Notes: generated by a model not told the origin, from the sequence alone. A stretch of DNA of 64,000 nucleotides from a virus (IMGVR_UViG_3300006151_000006:1-64000), one strand, 5' to 3'. Positions 36,451 through 46,553 are shown, numbered from the stretch's first letter. Translations and numbers: made by a program.

Positions 36451-37519
36451 TGTTCTTTGTGGTTTGAATTGAGTGTGATGAAAGTTGATTATTCCAATCA
36501 TAGCCGTCGTCATACAGCGACTCGTCTTGGAGTTCAGCTATGATGTCTTCAATGTCTTCTACACGAAGTAGATTCAGCGTTTGGCCGTATGAAGTAATGA
36601 ATTCTTGGGCTGAAAGATTCGGATTCTGATCTATCTCAAAAGAGAGATAGTCGCGAGCTGTTGCATACTGTTCATAGAATTCTTCCAGTTTAGCCTCTTC
36701 GAGCTCTTCGCCGTTTTTTTTTCGCCATTTACCACGACCATAGTACGAGTAGTAATCTGCGTAACGGTCGTATTGTGAGAATTCGTGAGGATAAACATCC
36801 ACACACTTCTCAATGATGTGGTTGACGAAATTGAGTGCGTTTATCATATCTTGCTTCACTACATACTCACGCTCAGTATGAGGCTCGTAGTAGCCACAGC
36901 TGAGATTGATACAAGACACTCCGAGCCCATTTTCTTTCAGGGCTTCCACGTCTGTCATCATTCCAGTTTCTTCTTTATATCCGAAGAGTTCTGCCTCAGT
37001 TGCGATAACGAAATCTTCAGAGCAAATGTCACAGAAACCTATGTCTGTAATGAGGTCATGTGCACCACGACGGTCGGCCTGCACCACGAAGCGAACATCT
37101 GAGAAGAATTCCATATTTGCTTGAGATGAGCCTTTGCAGCCCACTTCTTCCGCAATGAAAAATGCGACTTTGAGAATTTCATGCTGCTTCAACATTTTAA
37201 GAGCAATCCAGATACCGCACTTGTCATCAGCACCCAAACCGCATTGCTTACGCTGTGATGGAGAATAACCGAACACGATGTCGGCAGTTTCCACCACCTT
37301 GTAATCTTTCGGATAAGGCTGTTGAACCTGATCCATGTGAGCTGCGAGGCAAGGGTAAGTTTCAGCCTGACCTTTCGTGAGATACAGATTGCCTACTGCA
37401 TCTTCCTCGATTGTCACATTAGGGACACTACTGCGAACCCAACGTTTGATATATTGACGCATTGGCTCTTCCGCATGTGAGCCGGAATATACCGCTGCAA
37501 GTTTCTTAAACAGTTTCAT
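36434..37519 (-). CDS. M42/M20-like metallopeptidase (aminopeptidase family)
   Basis: Metal-ligand-like AAHMDQV, GLGADDKCG and EEVGCKGS. Confidence 0.45.
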   Translation of the reverse strand: MKLFKKLAAVYSGSHAEEPMRQYIKRWVRSSVPNVTIEEDAVGNLYLTKGQAETYPCLAAHMDQVQQPYPKDYKVVETADIVFGYSPSQRKQCGLGADDKCGIWIALKMLKQHEILKVAFFIAEEVGCKGSSQANMEFFSDVRFVVQADRRGAHDLITDIGFCDICSEDFVIATEAELFGYKEETGMMTDVEALKENGLGVSCINLSCGYYEPHTEREYVVKQDMINALNFVNHIIEKCVDVYPHEFSQYDRYADYYSYYGRGKWRKKNGEELEEAKLEEFYEQYATARDYLSFEIDQNPNLSAQEFITSYGQTLNLLRVEDIEDIIAELQDESLYDDGYDWNNQLSSHSIQTTKNNGQIK

Positions 37520-39164
37520 TTTGAGGTGCATTTGTTGCAAGGAATGAGTATTTCTCGGCAGCTTCCATACAATCCTTGCAAGTGTATGAACCGTCGATGT
37601 TCTGAATCATGTCTTCGATTTCTTCTACATCGTCACATTCAGAACAGATGGCATAACCACAATCGGGGTTATTTTTGATGTAGTTGCGTTCTGCTGCTTC
37701 TCGGCAGTCGTCATCGCAGTAGTATTCTTCGGTGATGTCTGAATAGCAAACACAGTAATCGTTTGCTCTACGCATTTCGCCGCAGTGAGCACAGAAGATG
37801 ACTTCATCACGAGGGACTGCTGCGCTTTCAAACCAGACATACTCGTCAGGATTTTCTTCGCAGTATTCACGTTCCGCTCTTTCACGACAACTTTCGCAGC
37901 AGTAATCGCCATCAGTGATTTCAGAATAGTAGTTCTTGTTTTCAGCGATGTATGCTTCTTCGCATTCGTCGCAATAACTTACCATTTCTTCGTGATAGTA
38001 GCGATCATCTATGCAGATGAAGTCATCAAGGTCATCTTCATCACATGACATCCATCGCCCATCATAGCAGACTTCAACAGTGTCATTGCGAGTATAACGG
38101 TCGTGGTATTCATCGTAGTTCCGGTCTCCATCGAGAGTATCTTCCGTCGAGTCAAGTCTATAATCATAGCCAGTCTCATAGTTGTATGCACGATTCTCAT
38201 CCATATTGTACCACTTGAAGCTGTCTTGATAACTCAGTGTGTCGTCGTAATCAAGATTACACTCGATAGAGAAGCAGCACTCGCTGAGGTCATTGCCGTT
38301 GTTGTCAACGAATCCACGGGAATTATGACAGTCTGCACCGACACGTTTGTAGCCGTCGATATAACCACCTTCGATGAGTTTGTTGACGAGTATCTGTTTC
38401 AGCATGTCATCACACTCGCTGGAGTATTGACGCTCACAAAGGCGGAATGTATCGCCAGTGTCGTCATCAGTGACCTCCGTAAAGACGATTGCACGAGCCA
38501 CGATATAATCGTCAGGGTCTGTTAGATATGCTGCCTTACATGTCACGCTTTCTGCGTAAAACGGCCAATGACCTTTGTTTGACATGCAACTTCCGAAATC
38601 ACCTTTCTGACGGCTGCGGTCATATATTGTCTTGAAGTCATCATCTACATGCAGTGTATATTCAGAAGTTGTGTTGTAGCCACTCCATTCCAGCGACAAT
38701 TCTTCACATAACCACGTTACCACCTGAATGGGGAGCATCTGCCCGAACTCAGTTTCAAGGATGAGCTGACGATACATCTTGCCAGCCTTCATCTTATATA
38801 CCTTGCCAGAGTCAAGGTGGACATAGCGAATTGATTTCACATCTCCGTCTTCAGTTTTGCCGTTCATACAATCCGTCTTGTAGAGATGACTTCTCCAGTG
38901 GCGGTCTTTTAAGCGAAGAATACCACCATCTGGATTGAAACGATAGCTGGTTAAACGATTGAGGCAAACAGTTTTCAACTGTGCCATTGTTTTGATTTGA
39001 GCGAGTTCGGGGTCGTTGTGCTCACGGACCCATTTCAGGAGCTTGGGAGATTTGTAGTAAGCCAGAAGAATTTGGTTTCTTCTTGACTTAACACCATTGC
39101 CATGTTCCCGAAGTTCAAAGATTTCCTTGAAACCTTCGTAACCTTCAAAGGGATAAAATAACAT
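37506..39164 (-). CDS. large protein with at least five tandem Cys-pair modules (zinc-ribbon-like repeats)
   Basis: Repeated Y..CDECEEAY, CCESCRERAEREY, CAHCGEM, CDDDCREAAERNY, CSECDD and CKDCMEAAEKY. Confidence 0.55.
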   Translation of the reverse strand: MLFYPFEGYEGFKEIFELREHGNGVKSRRNQILLAYYKSPKLLKWVREHNDPELAQIKTMAQLKTVCLNRLTSYRFNPDGGILRLKDRHWRSHLYKTDCMNGKTEDGDVKSIRYVHLDSGKVYKMKAGKMYRQLILETEFGQMLPIQVVTWLCEELSLEWSGYNTTSEYTLHVDDDFKTIYDRSRQKGDFGSCMSNKGHWPFYAESVTCKAAYLTDPDDYIVARAIVFTEVTDDDTGDTFRLCERQYSSECDDMLKQILVNKLIEGGYIDGYKRVGADCHNSRGFVDNNGNDLSECCFSIECNLDYDDTLSYQDSFKWYNMDENRAYNYETGYDYRLDSTEDTLDGDRNYDEYHDRYTRNDTVEVCYDGRWMSCDEDDLDDFICIDDRYYHEEMVSYCDECEEAYIAENKNYYSEITDGDYCCESCRERAEREYCEENPDEYVWFESAAVPRDEVIFCAHCGEMRRANDYCVCYSDITEEYYCDDDCREAAERNYIKNNPDCGYAICSECDDVEEIEDMIQNIDGSYTCKDCMEAAEKYSFLATNAPQNETV

Positions 39165-39188
39165 AATATATTGGGTTTATTGTTTTGT

Positions 39189-39485
39189 TTACCAGATTGT
39201 AGCGAAATAGAAGTGGTCGTTAATGCAGAAATACCAGCACGGATTATCGTTCTGAGAGAGAGCTATGCGCTTCATTCCGTTGATGTCGTGCCACGTTGAT
39301 ACTGGATGCTGTTCAAGTATTGCCCAAATGTCTTGCTCTGGCTGAGATGAAACAATGAGATAGGGTTTTCTGGAACAGCTAAAGATTGCATGTTCAAGGT
39401 CGGGGCAGTTATTCTCGGCAATCCATTTCATTGCCGCAACTGTTCCACGCTCCGATACTTCTATGGCAGTGTAGGTTGTTTCCAT
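39189..39485 (-). CDS. hypothetical protein
   Basis: 98 aa ORF. Confidence 0.4.
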   Translation of the reverse strand: METTYTAIEVSERGTVAAMKWIAENNCPDLEHAIFSCSRKPYLIVSSQPEQDIWAILEQHPVSTWHDINGMKRIALSQNDNPCWYFCINDHFYFATIW

Positions 39486-39995
39486 TAGCGGTTTTGTTGG
39501 TTGGTTTACGGCTAAGAATAGAGAAGCGCGGGTGTCCTAAGTTGGCCACCCGCGCTTCTTTAACTATCCTTAATATCGCTTTTAACTTTTCTTTCTAATC
39601 GAAGTATATTTCATCAGCGTTAAACATTGCAGTTGCTCCGCCAAAGAATTTAACAACGAAGAAGTTGCCTGACTTACCTATAATTATACCTTCATGATAG
39701 CCACACCACGGCCTATATCCACGGTGATGATAGCCACGCCACGGTTTGACAAGTTTGCATTGCCATCCACATTCTTTGAAATGAGTATCGTAATCCATAT
39801 CAGGCTTTTCTTGTGATTTCTACATTTTTGAGAAATGGACGTTCTCGCATCTTCTTCACATATTCCTCTGTAGCGAGGAACCGTACTGTCAGATGTCTGT
39901 CCGGCCCTTCCTTGTGAGTATAAAACTCGCGGCCACCAAATCGTAAGTATTCAACCACTTCAGCGGTGGCCGGAGCGCAGTAGTAATGTATCATA

Positions 39996-40370
39996 TCAGT
40001 CCGTTGTGTCGAGATAATATGTCAGATCGTCACCTTTCAGATTTTCCATCGCCCAAGCGTCGGTTTCTTTCCAAAGGGCGTCATACTGTCGAGCAAGTTC
40101 CTCGTGTTCTGGGTAATGCTGGTGAATTTTCCAATTCAGCACCATTATATACTCTGTAAGGCCCTTGATACCGAGGCCAAATTCTTTCACCGTAGACCAT
40201 GAACGTCGGTGGGTGTCGAGAACCGCATCGGGCTCCTGACCATTCAAGACAAACACATCGGCAATGCTGAAGTCCTGCCAGAATGTGGTACAAGGCTTAT
40301 AGCCGGTCATTTCTTCAATTCCCCATGCGGGAAGAGAAGAGAAAAATTCATTTGCGTTTTTCATAAGCAA
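39996..40370 (-). CDS. hypothetical protein
   Basis: 124 aa ORF. Confidence 0.4.
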   Translation of the reverse strand: MLMKNANEFFSSLPAWGIEEMTGYKPCTTFWQDFSIADVFVLNGQEPDAVLDTHRRSWSTVKEFGLGIKGLTEYIMVLNWKIHQHYPEHEELARQYDALWKETDAWAMENLKGDDLTYYLDTTD

Positions 40371-40822
40371 GTTGATTTTTGATTATATTGACGACGAGCG
40401 TAGGCGTTTGCATCACCATCGTTGATGTAGCAAACAAGACCACGCATTTCTACGCTGTTGAGTTCTGGGGCACGTTTACTTTCGTTTACAAACGGCCAGA
40501 AATACCCAATGCAAGGAGTTTCCACACCATGCACTTGAACTTGATAAATACCTTCAGGAATATACTGGAGAATTTTCGATTTTCCGTCGCTGTAATGAAC
40601 CCTCAGGCCTTGAACCGGTAATTCTTCCTTGTTTATAATTACACCAAGGTCGTAACCAAGGTCAGCTTCGAGATGTCCGTGGAAGTACCAGCCACTTGCC
40701 ATACGACTATCGGAAATGAACTCTTCGTGGTGTATGCGGCTCGCTTCCTCTGCTTCCGCATCAGGGTTTGTAAACAGCTTGTCCGAATGAGGAAAAGCCA
40801 TCATTTTGATTATAGGTTTCAT
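40361..40822 (-). CDS. hypothetical protein
   Basis: 153 aa ORF. Confidence 0.45.
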   Translation of the reverse strand: MKPIIKMMAFPHSDKLFTNPDAEAEEASRIHHEEFISDSRMASGWYFHGHLEADLGYDLGVIINKEELPVQGLRVHYSDGKSKILQYIPEGIYQVQVHGVETPCIGYFWPFVNESKRAPELNSVEMRGLVCYINDGDANAYARRQYNQKSTCL

Positions 40823-41391
40823 ACTGCTGCTTTTGTTTTGTTAAATCTTCCAGCCTTCCATCCGTAGATGTTGGCAACATAGGGATAAAGTGAGCGGGTT
40901 CGCTTACGAAAACCTGCCTCGTCAATTTGCCGATTGTAGATGAGGTCGGCAATTCTTTCAGCATCTTCACGGTCTTTGGCGACACGGTACAACACATAGT
41001 GTGTGCCATCATGATGACTCAGGCAACCACGAATGTTGAAGCCATCTCCGTACCATTCGTTGCCATCTTCGTACACACTGAAGATGTCGTTAATTGTCGA
41101 GCCAAGTATTTTGTAGCCTTGATGTCTGCCATTCCATAAGCCCATATTGGCAAAGGCGATGATTACACCATCTACAGGCTTGTTAAGGTTCATTCGCTCG
41201 TCATCAAGAAAACCATTGACGACTCGATACCAATCTTCATCGGATAATTCGGCAGGCTGGTTTTCTTCGTCATCAAAGTATTCACGTCTGAAATCTTCGT
41301 GCTCCTTACGCGCTTTCTCGTCATGGAACATTTCACTGGTCCAGATTATTTGTTTCATAGTTTCTGTGGTTGTTTTGCGAAGAATAGGCAC
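40819..41391 (-). CDS. hypothetical protein
   Basis: 190 aa ORF. Confidence 0.45.
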   Translation of the reverse strand: MPILRKTTTETMKQIIWTSEMFHDEKARKEHEDFRREYFDDEENQPAELSDEDWYRVVNGFLDDERMNLNKPVDGVIIAFANMGLWNGRHQGYKILGSTINDIFSVYEDGNEWYGDGFNIRGCLSHHDGTHYVLYRVAKDREDAERIADLIYNRQIDEAGFRKRTRSLYPYVANIYGWKAGRFNKTKAAV

Positions 41392-41635
41392 GTTTTATGT
41401 CCTATGTTGTCCGCTTGTTGTACTTTAACCTATGTTAATATGCGCTGGCGATATTCGTTCCGTGTTCAATATCCAGCATTATTTGAAGTCGTTTGGCACG
41501 TTTTCTATGCCATGCGAGATACACTGCGTTCTCAATGCCTAAGCGGCGTTTCAGTATTTCAACTGAGAATATGAAGTACAAATCCTCTGCTAATCTCACG
41601 ATATTTTTGATTGTCTTTTTCATTTTTGGGCACAA

Positions 41636-41670
41636 AAAAGGCCGGCACTCGTTAAAGCGTCGGCCCGGTT
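41636..41670 (-). terminator. rho-independent terminator
   Basis: On the minus strand a GC hairpin (gggccgac...gccggcc) is followed by TTTTTTG, downstream of the 41693 gene. Confidence 0.5.
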
Positions 41671-41692
41671 GGGTTTACTGTTTTGTTTATTT

Positions 41693-41980
41693 TTACTTGT
41701 GCTTCACGGACAATTCAAGCTCCGATCCGCACTTTGGGCAGCGTACAATTGCTGTTTTGTTTTCTTCTGGTGCTGATTGGGTGTATATTTCAGGCTCTAC
41801 GAATAGAGCAGGTAGTGACACCCCAAGAGCATCAGCAATGTTTTTTGCCTTACTTAATCGGAGGTCATGAACAAGGTGGGAACTTGCAGATTGTTGAGAG
41901 ACACCCAGACGATTGGCAAGTTCAGTAATGCTAACGCCTTGACGTTGCATTATTTCTCGGATATAATGTAATTGTGCCAT
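41693..41980 (-). CDS. XRE-like HTH regulator with C-terminal zinc ribbon
   Basis: GVSITELANRLGVSQQSASSH, then CPKCGSE. Confidence 0.5.
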   Translation of the reverse strand: MAQLHYIREIMQRQGVSITELANRLGVSQQSASSHLVHDLRLSKAKNIADALGVSLPALFVEPEIYTQSAPEENKTAIVRCPKCGSELELSVKHK

Positions 41981-42058
41981 ACTTTTGGATTTGTATGGCA
42001 AAGTTAACAATTTATCCTTATTCCACAAAATATTTTCTGTGATAAATCACCTCCTTTC

Positions 42059-42472
42059 TCAAATGTTAGCACTCGCATTAGCCATCTCAAACTCAGGCTC
42101 CGGCATAAATGTGAACACTTCCACGCCATCAAAGCTGTAATCGTCATTCAGCACAAGTTGGCCGACAAGTTCACGATTGTCTTTTATTGCCTTACACACT
42201 AATTGATAGGTTTCGAGGTCAACGCAGATTTCAACGTTGAACATATTAGCGTCGGCATCATCGTAGAGCAAGCAATATGCGTCATCGTATTCATATTCCT
42301 CCACCACATTTGCAGAACTAAAGAACATTCCGGATGAGGCGTGGTTGTCCTCCAGATATGCTTCTTCTGCAAGCGTTTCAGTCATCGGGCTTGACGCGCT
42401 GGTATGGAGTGATAGTATTTGAGCACCGAACACAAGCCCAAGTATGGCACAGAAAATTGTTGATGGTTTCAT
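42059..42472 (-). CDS. secreted protein (signal peptide)
   Basis: N-terminus MKPSTIFCAILGLVFGAQILS. Confidence 0.5.
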   Translation of the reverse strand: MKPSTIFCAILGLVFGAQILSLHTSASSPMTETLAEEAYLEDNHASSGMFFSSANVVEEYEYDDAYCLLYDDADANMFNVEICVDLETYQLVCKAIKDNRELVGQLVLNDDYSFDGVEVFTFMPEPEFEMANASANI

Positions 42473-42473
42473 T

Positions 42474-42698
42474 TCAATTCAAGGATATTATCATTACTCC
42501 GACGATTACAGGCTCATCAGCTCTGCCTTGTTTGTTCACAGCAATCCGCAAATCATCTTCAAGACTTTCGCGGTATTCACGGGCATCTTTTAGCACTTTT
42601 TGTGCTTTCTCGGTATTTGCTCCGGCCTGCAACATTCCAATAATGTCACGGTTCACCTCGTGGAGCTGTTTCTTGAGGCTTTCAATTGTTTCGTTCAT
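42474..42698 (-). CDS. hypothetical protein
   Basis: 74 aa ORF. Confidence 0.4.
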   Translation of the reverse strand: MNETIESLKKQLHEVNRDIIGMLQAGANTEKAQKVLKDAREYRESLEDDLRIAVNKQGRADEPVIVGVMIISLN

Positions 42699-42991
42699 TG
42701 GTTATATCCTAATTTAATGTTCAACTTTGTAAGTTTTTCGGCATAGATAGCAAACTGCTTCTTTGCCACATCCCACAGTAATTGGTCGTTGTCAGTCCAA
42801 TTCGGCTTTCGGCTGCGTTTTTGACAATCCACAAGCGTTTCAGTCATCAACGCCATTTGTCGCACAAGCCAGTCACGGCAATATTCATCCTTATCGCCGG
42901 GATAGTCGTAGTAAGGCGGTTCCACAAGTTTGTGGTATATTTCGGCTCCAATTGTGGCACCGGTACGGTCTGTAAATTCTGAGTAGAGCAT
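42695..42991 (-). CDS. hypothetical protein
   Basis: 98 aa ORF. Confidence 0.45.
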   Translation of the reverse strand: MLYSEFTDRTGATIGAEIYHKLVEPPYYDYPGDKDEYCRDWLVRQMALMTETLVDCQKRSRKPNWTDNDQLLWDVAKKQFAIYAEKLTKLNIKLGYNQ

Positions 42992-43224
42992 AGTTGTTGC
43001 ATTTTATTGATTTTGTTGGCACTTTAGGAAATTGAGCCTATATCACGCCTCGCAAAATTCCTTAGAATTTCACGCTTTTCGTTGTGCCATTCCACCAGAA
43101 TTTATTATCTTTGCACACGTTTTCAGACAGTGCGCACATTGACATTCTGGAAGAGTTTAGACGTAGCGAAGGCACACTTCCGGCAATACCGGAAATGCGC
43201 CTTGAGTATGTTGATTGTCAGACC

Positions 43225-43764
43225 TTATGCAGCAGCCTCAGACTTTTCAGCTTCAGCAGGCACTTCCACGGTTGAGGGCACAGCAGCCTCAAACTCAAAT
43301 TTCATTTTGAGGGCGTCAAACGACGCTTTAGCCGCTTTGTGCATTTTCTTTTTGTAGTCGCGGGTCAGTTCCTGCAAATCCTTGGCGGTCGGCATAATGC
43401 CTACACGAGCAAAGATTGAGCTTTCAGCGTCCCAACGGAGAACGGTTTTGCCGTCGGTTTTACGCACGATGATTTCAGCCGGAGTGCTGGCACGGAGTTT
43501 AACGGCAATGCCGCCATTGTCTACTTTAAGCCCTGCCTCGGAACGCTTTGCGTCCCAATGGATTTTGATTGCGTTTTTCCACACACGGAACACTTCATCG
43601 GCAGTTCCGTTTTCAGGCACGAACTCCGCGCCTCCAAGGTGGATGCACGTTTCAGTGACAGTTCCGTCTTTGCGCACGGAGCGGTACACAAGAGCGACAC
43701 CGGCAAGCTGGTTGTTAGACACTTCGGAGAATTGAACACTGTTGTAACGAGTGATAGTTGCCAT
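43225..43764 (-). CDS. hypothetical protein (higher GC, Ala/Glu-rich low-complexity C-terminus)
   Basis: Internal start MATITRY chosen; 180 aa. Confidence 0.45.
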   Translation of the reverse strand: MATITRYNSVQFSEVSNNQLAGVALVYRSVRKDGTVTETCIHLGGAEFVPENGTADEVFRVWKNAIKIHWDAKRSEAGLKVDNGGIAVKLRASTPAEIIVRKTDGKTVLRWDAESSIFARVGIMPTAKDLQELTRDYKKKMHKAAKASFDALKMKFEFEAAVPSTVEVPAEAEKSEAAA

Positions 43765-43803
43765 AATTTTTCGGTTTTTAGGCATTTTCTGCAATAGCGC
43801 ATT

Positions 43804-43880
43804 GTGACCGTGACAGGAGTCGAACCTGCCACACTCACCAATATAGGGAGTTTCCACACCATTCCGGAGAATGGCACGGT
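43804..43880 (-). tRNA. tRNA-like element (perfect acceptor and T arm, aberrant D and anticodon arms); possible attP-type remnant
   Basis: GACCGTG...GCAGG-TTCGACT-CCTGT-CACGGTC. The D region is a 6 bp CCATTC/GAATGG hairpin, and no canonical anticodon loop is present. Confidence 0.35.
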
Positions 43881-45571
43881 CTAAGTTCATAAGATTGCAG
43901 AGTGCAGATTTCACCCTCTACACTCCGCAAAATCGTGTTCAGATTTCGCGCTTTCCTACCTATGCGATGTTTCAAAGGGCAAACCACTTGCGATAGTTTC
44001 ACACCAAGCCATTTCAGGCAATTACGGCATTACTTACTCCTAAGACGTTTCGCATAGGTGTGGCACTCCCTCGCTCTCGCTTTAAGCGCACTTTCGGCAC
44101 TTCCACAGGGGACTTTGGTCACTATACAACAGTTCCTAAAATTATTACACAAGGGCAATAATCGAAGCGTTTCCGCATAGTTATGGCACAGTTTTTCGCC
44201 ACTCACTGACCGCCTCTAATCATAAGGTTGCAACAGGGCATACCTTTGGCACAATTCGCGTTTCAGTGCTTCCAATTCGTTGTTAGATACCAATGGCGCA
44301 TAATATTGGCACAACACGCTGTGACACGTTTTTCGACCTCGCTATATGCACATTTTGTTTGCGCTTACATATAGCACCCCCTGTTCCCGACGACGATTTG
44401 CACGAGCATATTTGATAACTGAGCATTACAGTCAGGGGTGTTTCTTTCCTGTTTAGGCACATATCTGCACCTATTCAGAACGGTTTTCGCTTTCGCTTTC
44501 CGTTGCTATGTATGTGTTACGATTTCACGCTTTTACGCGCTTTTGTTTGGGTGTAATTTGGGTGTTAAAGTTGTTACACAATTTAGTTAATAATTCGCAT
44601 AGTTAGGGCGTGTTTTGGATTGCTTTCCCTGCACCGCAATACTACTTTGCACTAAGTAGCCAGTTTGCTAATTTGTGGTTGTCGTTGTTGTTGTTTTAAC
44701 TTGACAATGCAAAGTTAGGGCTAATATTTGACCCCACAAAATAAATTCTGTGGTTTAACATTTCTTTAACACTTTGTATTTTGTAAGTGGTTGGGTATTA
44801 GGCAAATAGCAAATTTAGGAAATTGTACCAAATAGGTCTATTTGTTAAATAATTTAACATATTACATTATGTAGATATGTAATTTATTGATTGTCAACAA
44901 ATTAGCATAAATCTCTTTTTGGCTTATTAAGGTACGCAACACGCACACATACACGCACGATATACAAAAAGACTGGAGTCTATGCAATAGCGAAGTTAAT
45001 TCTTAACAAAAATTAAGGTTTTTGCTTATCAAATGTTAACTGACTAAAATTGGCATCTAAACAGCTGTTAATCAATGATATACTTTCACTTTTGTAGTAA
45101 GTGAAAGTCTTAACTACTTGATAATCAATAAAATAATAAAAGGGAGGGTGTACCATCTGGTGCGGATTCCATATATATTGCCGACCCCGATTTTTTAAGT
45201 CTCATTTTCAGGGTAAGTCAAGCTCTTTCAGTCATCAAAATTCATACAACTTCCATATCTTTCGTCTGGCGGCCTTTCTCACCTCAGATGACCATTTATA
45301 TTACCAAGGGTTCAAAACTCGCTCAGAGGGCTTAAAAATGGGCAAATTCACACATTATTATGCGAACCATATTCGACCCTTCAGATTTGGTGTTAAAAAT
45401 ATCATTTGGTCGAAATATAAAAACTCCCCTATATGCTTTTCCGATTTTTTCCGGACCCCCAAATTTCTAAGTCTGATTTCCTGAGAATTTCGGAATTTTT
45501 CCAATCAAATTTTACGATTCTCGAAAATGTGCGTAAATTTGCGCTTAAATTGATTTAGTATATCTCGCTAT
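43881..45571. promoter_or_regulatory. 1.65 kb ORF-free divergent region with iteron-like short repeats (candidate origin of replication and early promoters)
   Basis: No ORF of 60 aa or more on either strand. Repeats include CGCATAG(G/T)T..TGGCAC three times, GCGAT(A)GTTTCA, ttcgctttcgctttc, and two roughly 33 bp direct repeats at 45185 and 45455. The region sits at a strand switch. Confidence 0.5.
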
Positions 45572-46513
45572 ATGGCTAAAACCGACCTACAGATCCAAAG
45601 TTTTTTGGCATCTAATTCATATCGTTCCCGAACAGACTGGGAAATGATTTCAGCTTTTTGTAAAGACAAGGCTGAATTTACCGTCAATGCCGAATTTAAT
45701 CCTGAGAGCGGCATTACAGCTTCCGAATTCATCCAATGGTATGAGACAGGATTTGGCAGCGGTGACATCGCAAAGTATGAAGACAGCACGGTGATTATCG
45801 GAAAATGCGATTTTAAGGCCGCTACAATCGTCGGAAGGCTCTCGGACGATAAAATCCTTACCGAACACTCCAAAATCGACACAGAGAGCTTAAAAACGGC
45901 CTCTGAGGATGAAATACACGGCTGTCGTGGAGTAATGCTGAGAAATAAGCTCCAATTCAGCTGGAAGACCTACGACTTAATCTGCAAACATATTCCTGAA
46001 ATCAATGACCGGGTAATCTTTCATGGCAAAGGGATAAAGGGGCTGGGTGTAATCCGCACTGTGGATCAATTATCGGGAGAGGTTGAACTTTATTGCTACT
46101 ACATCTACGAAACAAAAGCGTGTGGTTTTTCAATGCACGAAAAAGGTATTGTAAATCTCCATGACTTCTGGTTTGAGCCGATGGATAATGGAGACAAACG
46201 ACAAAGCAAAATGAACGGCATATCGTGTCAACGAAGACTGAACAGAGAACTGGAGCGTTATGGTAGGACTTGGAACCAGAACCGACATAGGGTTGAGCCT
46301 ATAACGATGAGGGTCGAGGAAGGCAAGAAATACTGGTACATTAACGACAAGTTCCAACTGGTGTCAGACATCGAAAAAAACAATCAAACATCAACCAACC
46401 GCCTTCTCGCTGGAAATTACTTCACATCAAATGCAAGCGGGCTGGAAGTTGTCGGCCAAATTACTGAGATTATCCGAAACTATCTCGCCACTCTTTCAAG
46501 TGAACCAAGATAA
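45572..46513 (+). CDS. hypothetical protein
   Basis: 313 aa; the first plus-strand gene after the strand switch. Confidence 0.55.
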   Translation: MAKTDLQIQSFLASNSYRSRTDWEMISAFCKDKAEFTVNAEFNPESGITASEFIQWYETGFGSGDIAKYEDSTVIIGKCDFKAATIVGRLSDDKILTEHSKIDTESLKTASEDEIHGCRGVMLRNKLQFSWKTYDLICKHIPEINDRVIFHGKGIKGLGVIRTVDQLSGEVELYCYYIYETKACGFSMHEKGIVNLHDFWFEPMDNGDKRQSKMNGISCQRRLNRELERYGRTWNQNRHRVEPITMRVEEGKKYWYINDKFQLVSDIEKNNQTSTNRLLAGNYFTSNASGLEVVGQITEIIRNYLATLSSEPR

Positions 46514-46522
46514 AATTAAACG

Positions 46523-46553
46523 ACCACTGACATTTCGTGAGTGGTCGTTTCTG
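46523..46553. terminator. bidirectional stem-loop terminator between convergent genes
   Basis: acgaccac...gtggtcgt hairpin followed by ttctgtt. Confidence 0.5.

Noticed and set aside
44040-44350. Sigma-54 promoters at the repeated TGGCAC motifs
   Set aside because: The GG to GC spacing is 13 rather than 12 nt, and downstream TTGCW elements are absent. More likely iteron or protein-binding repeats.
44686-44706. AAC-rich run (minus strand AACAACAACAACGACAACCAC), a template-repeat-like feature
   Set aside because: It shows no flanking homology to the candidate variable repeat at 35770-35880 and sits in an AT-rich promoter or iteron region.
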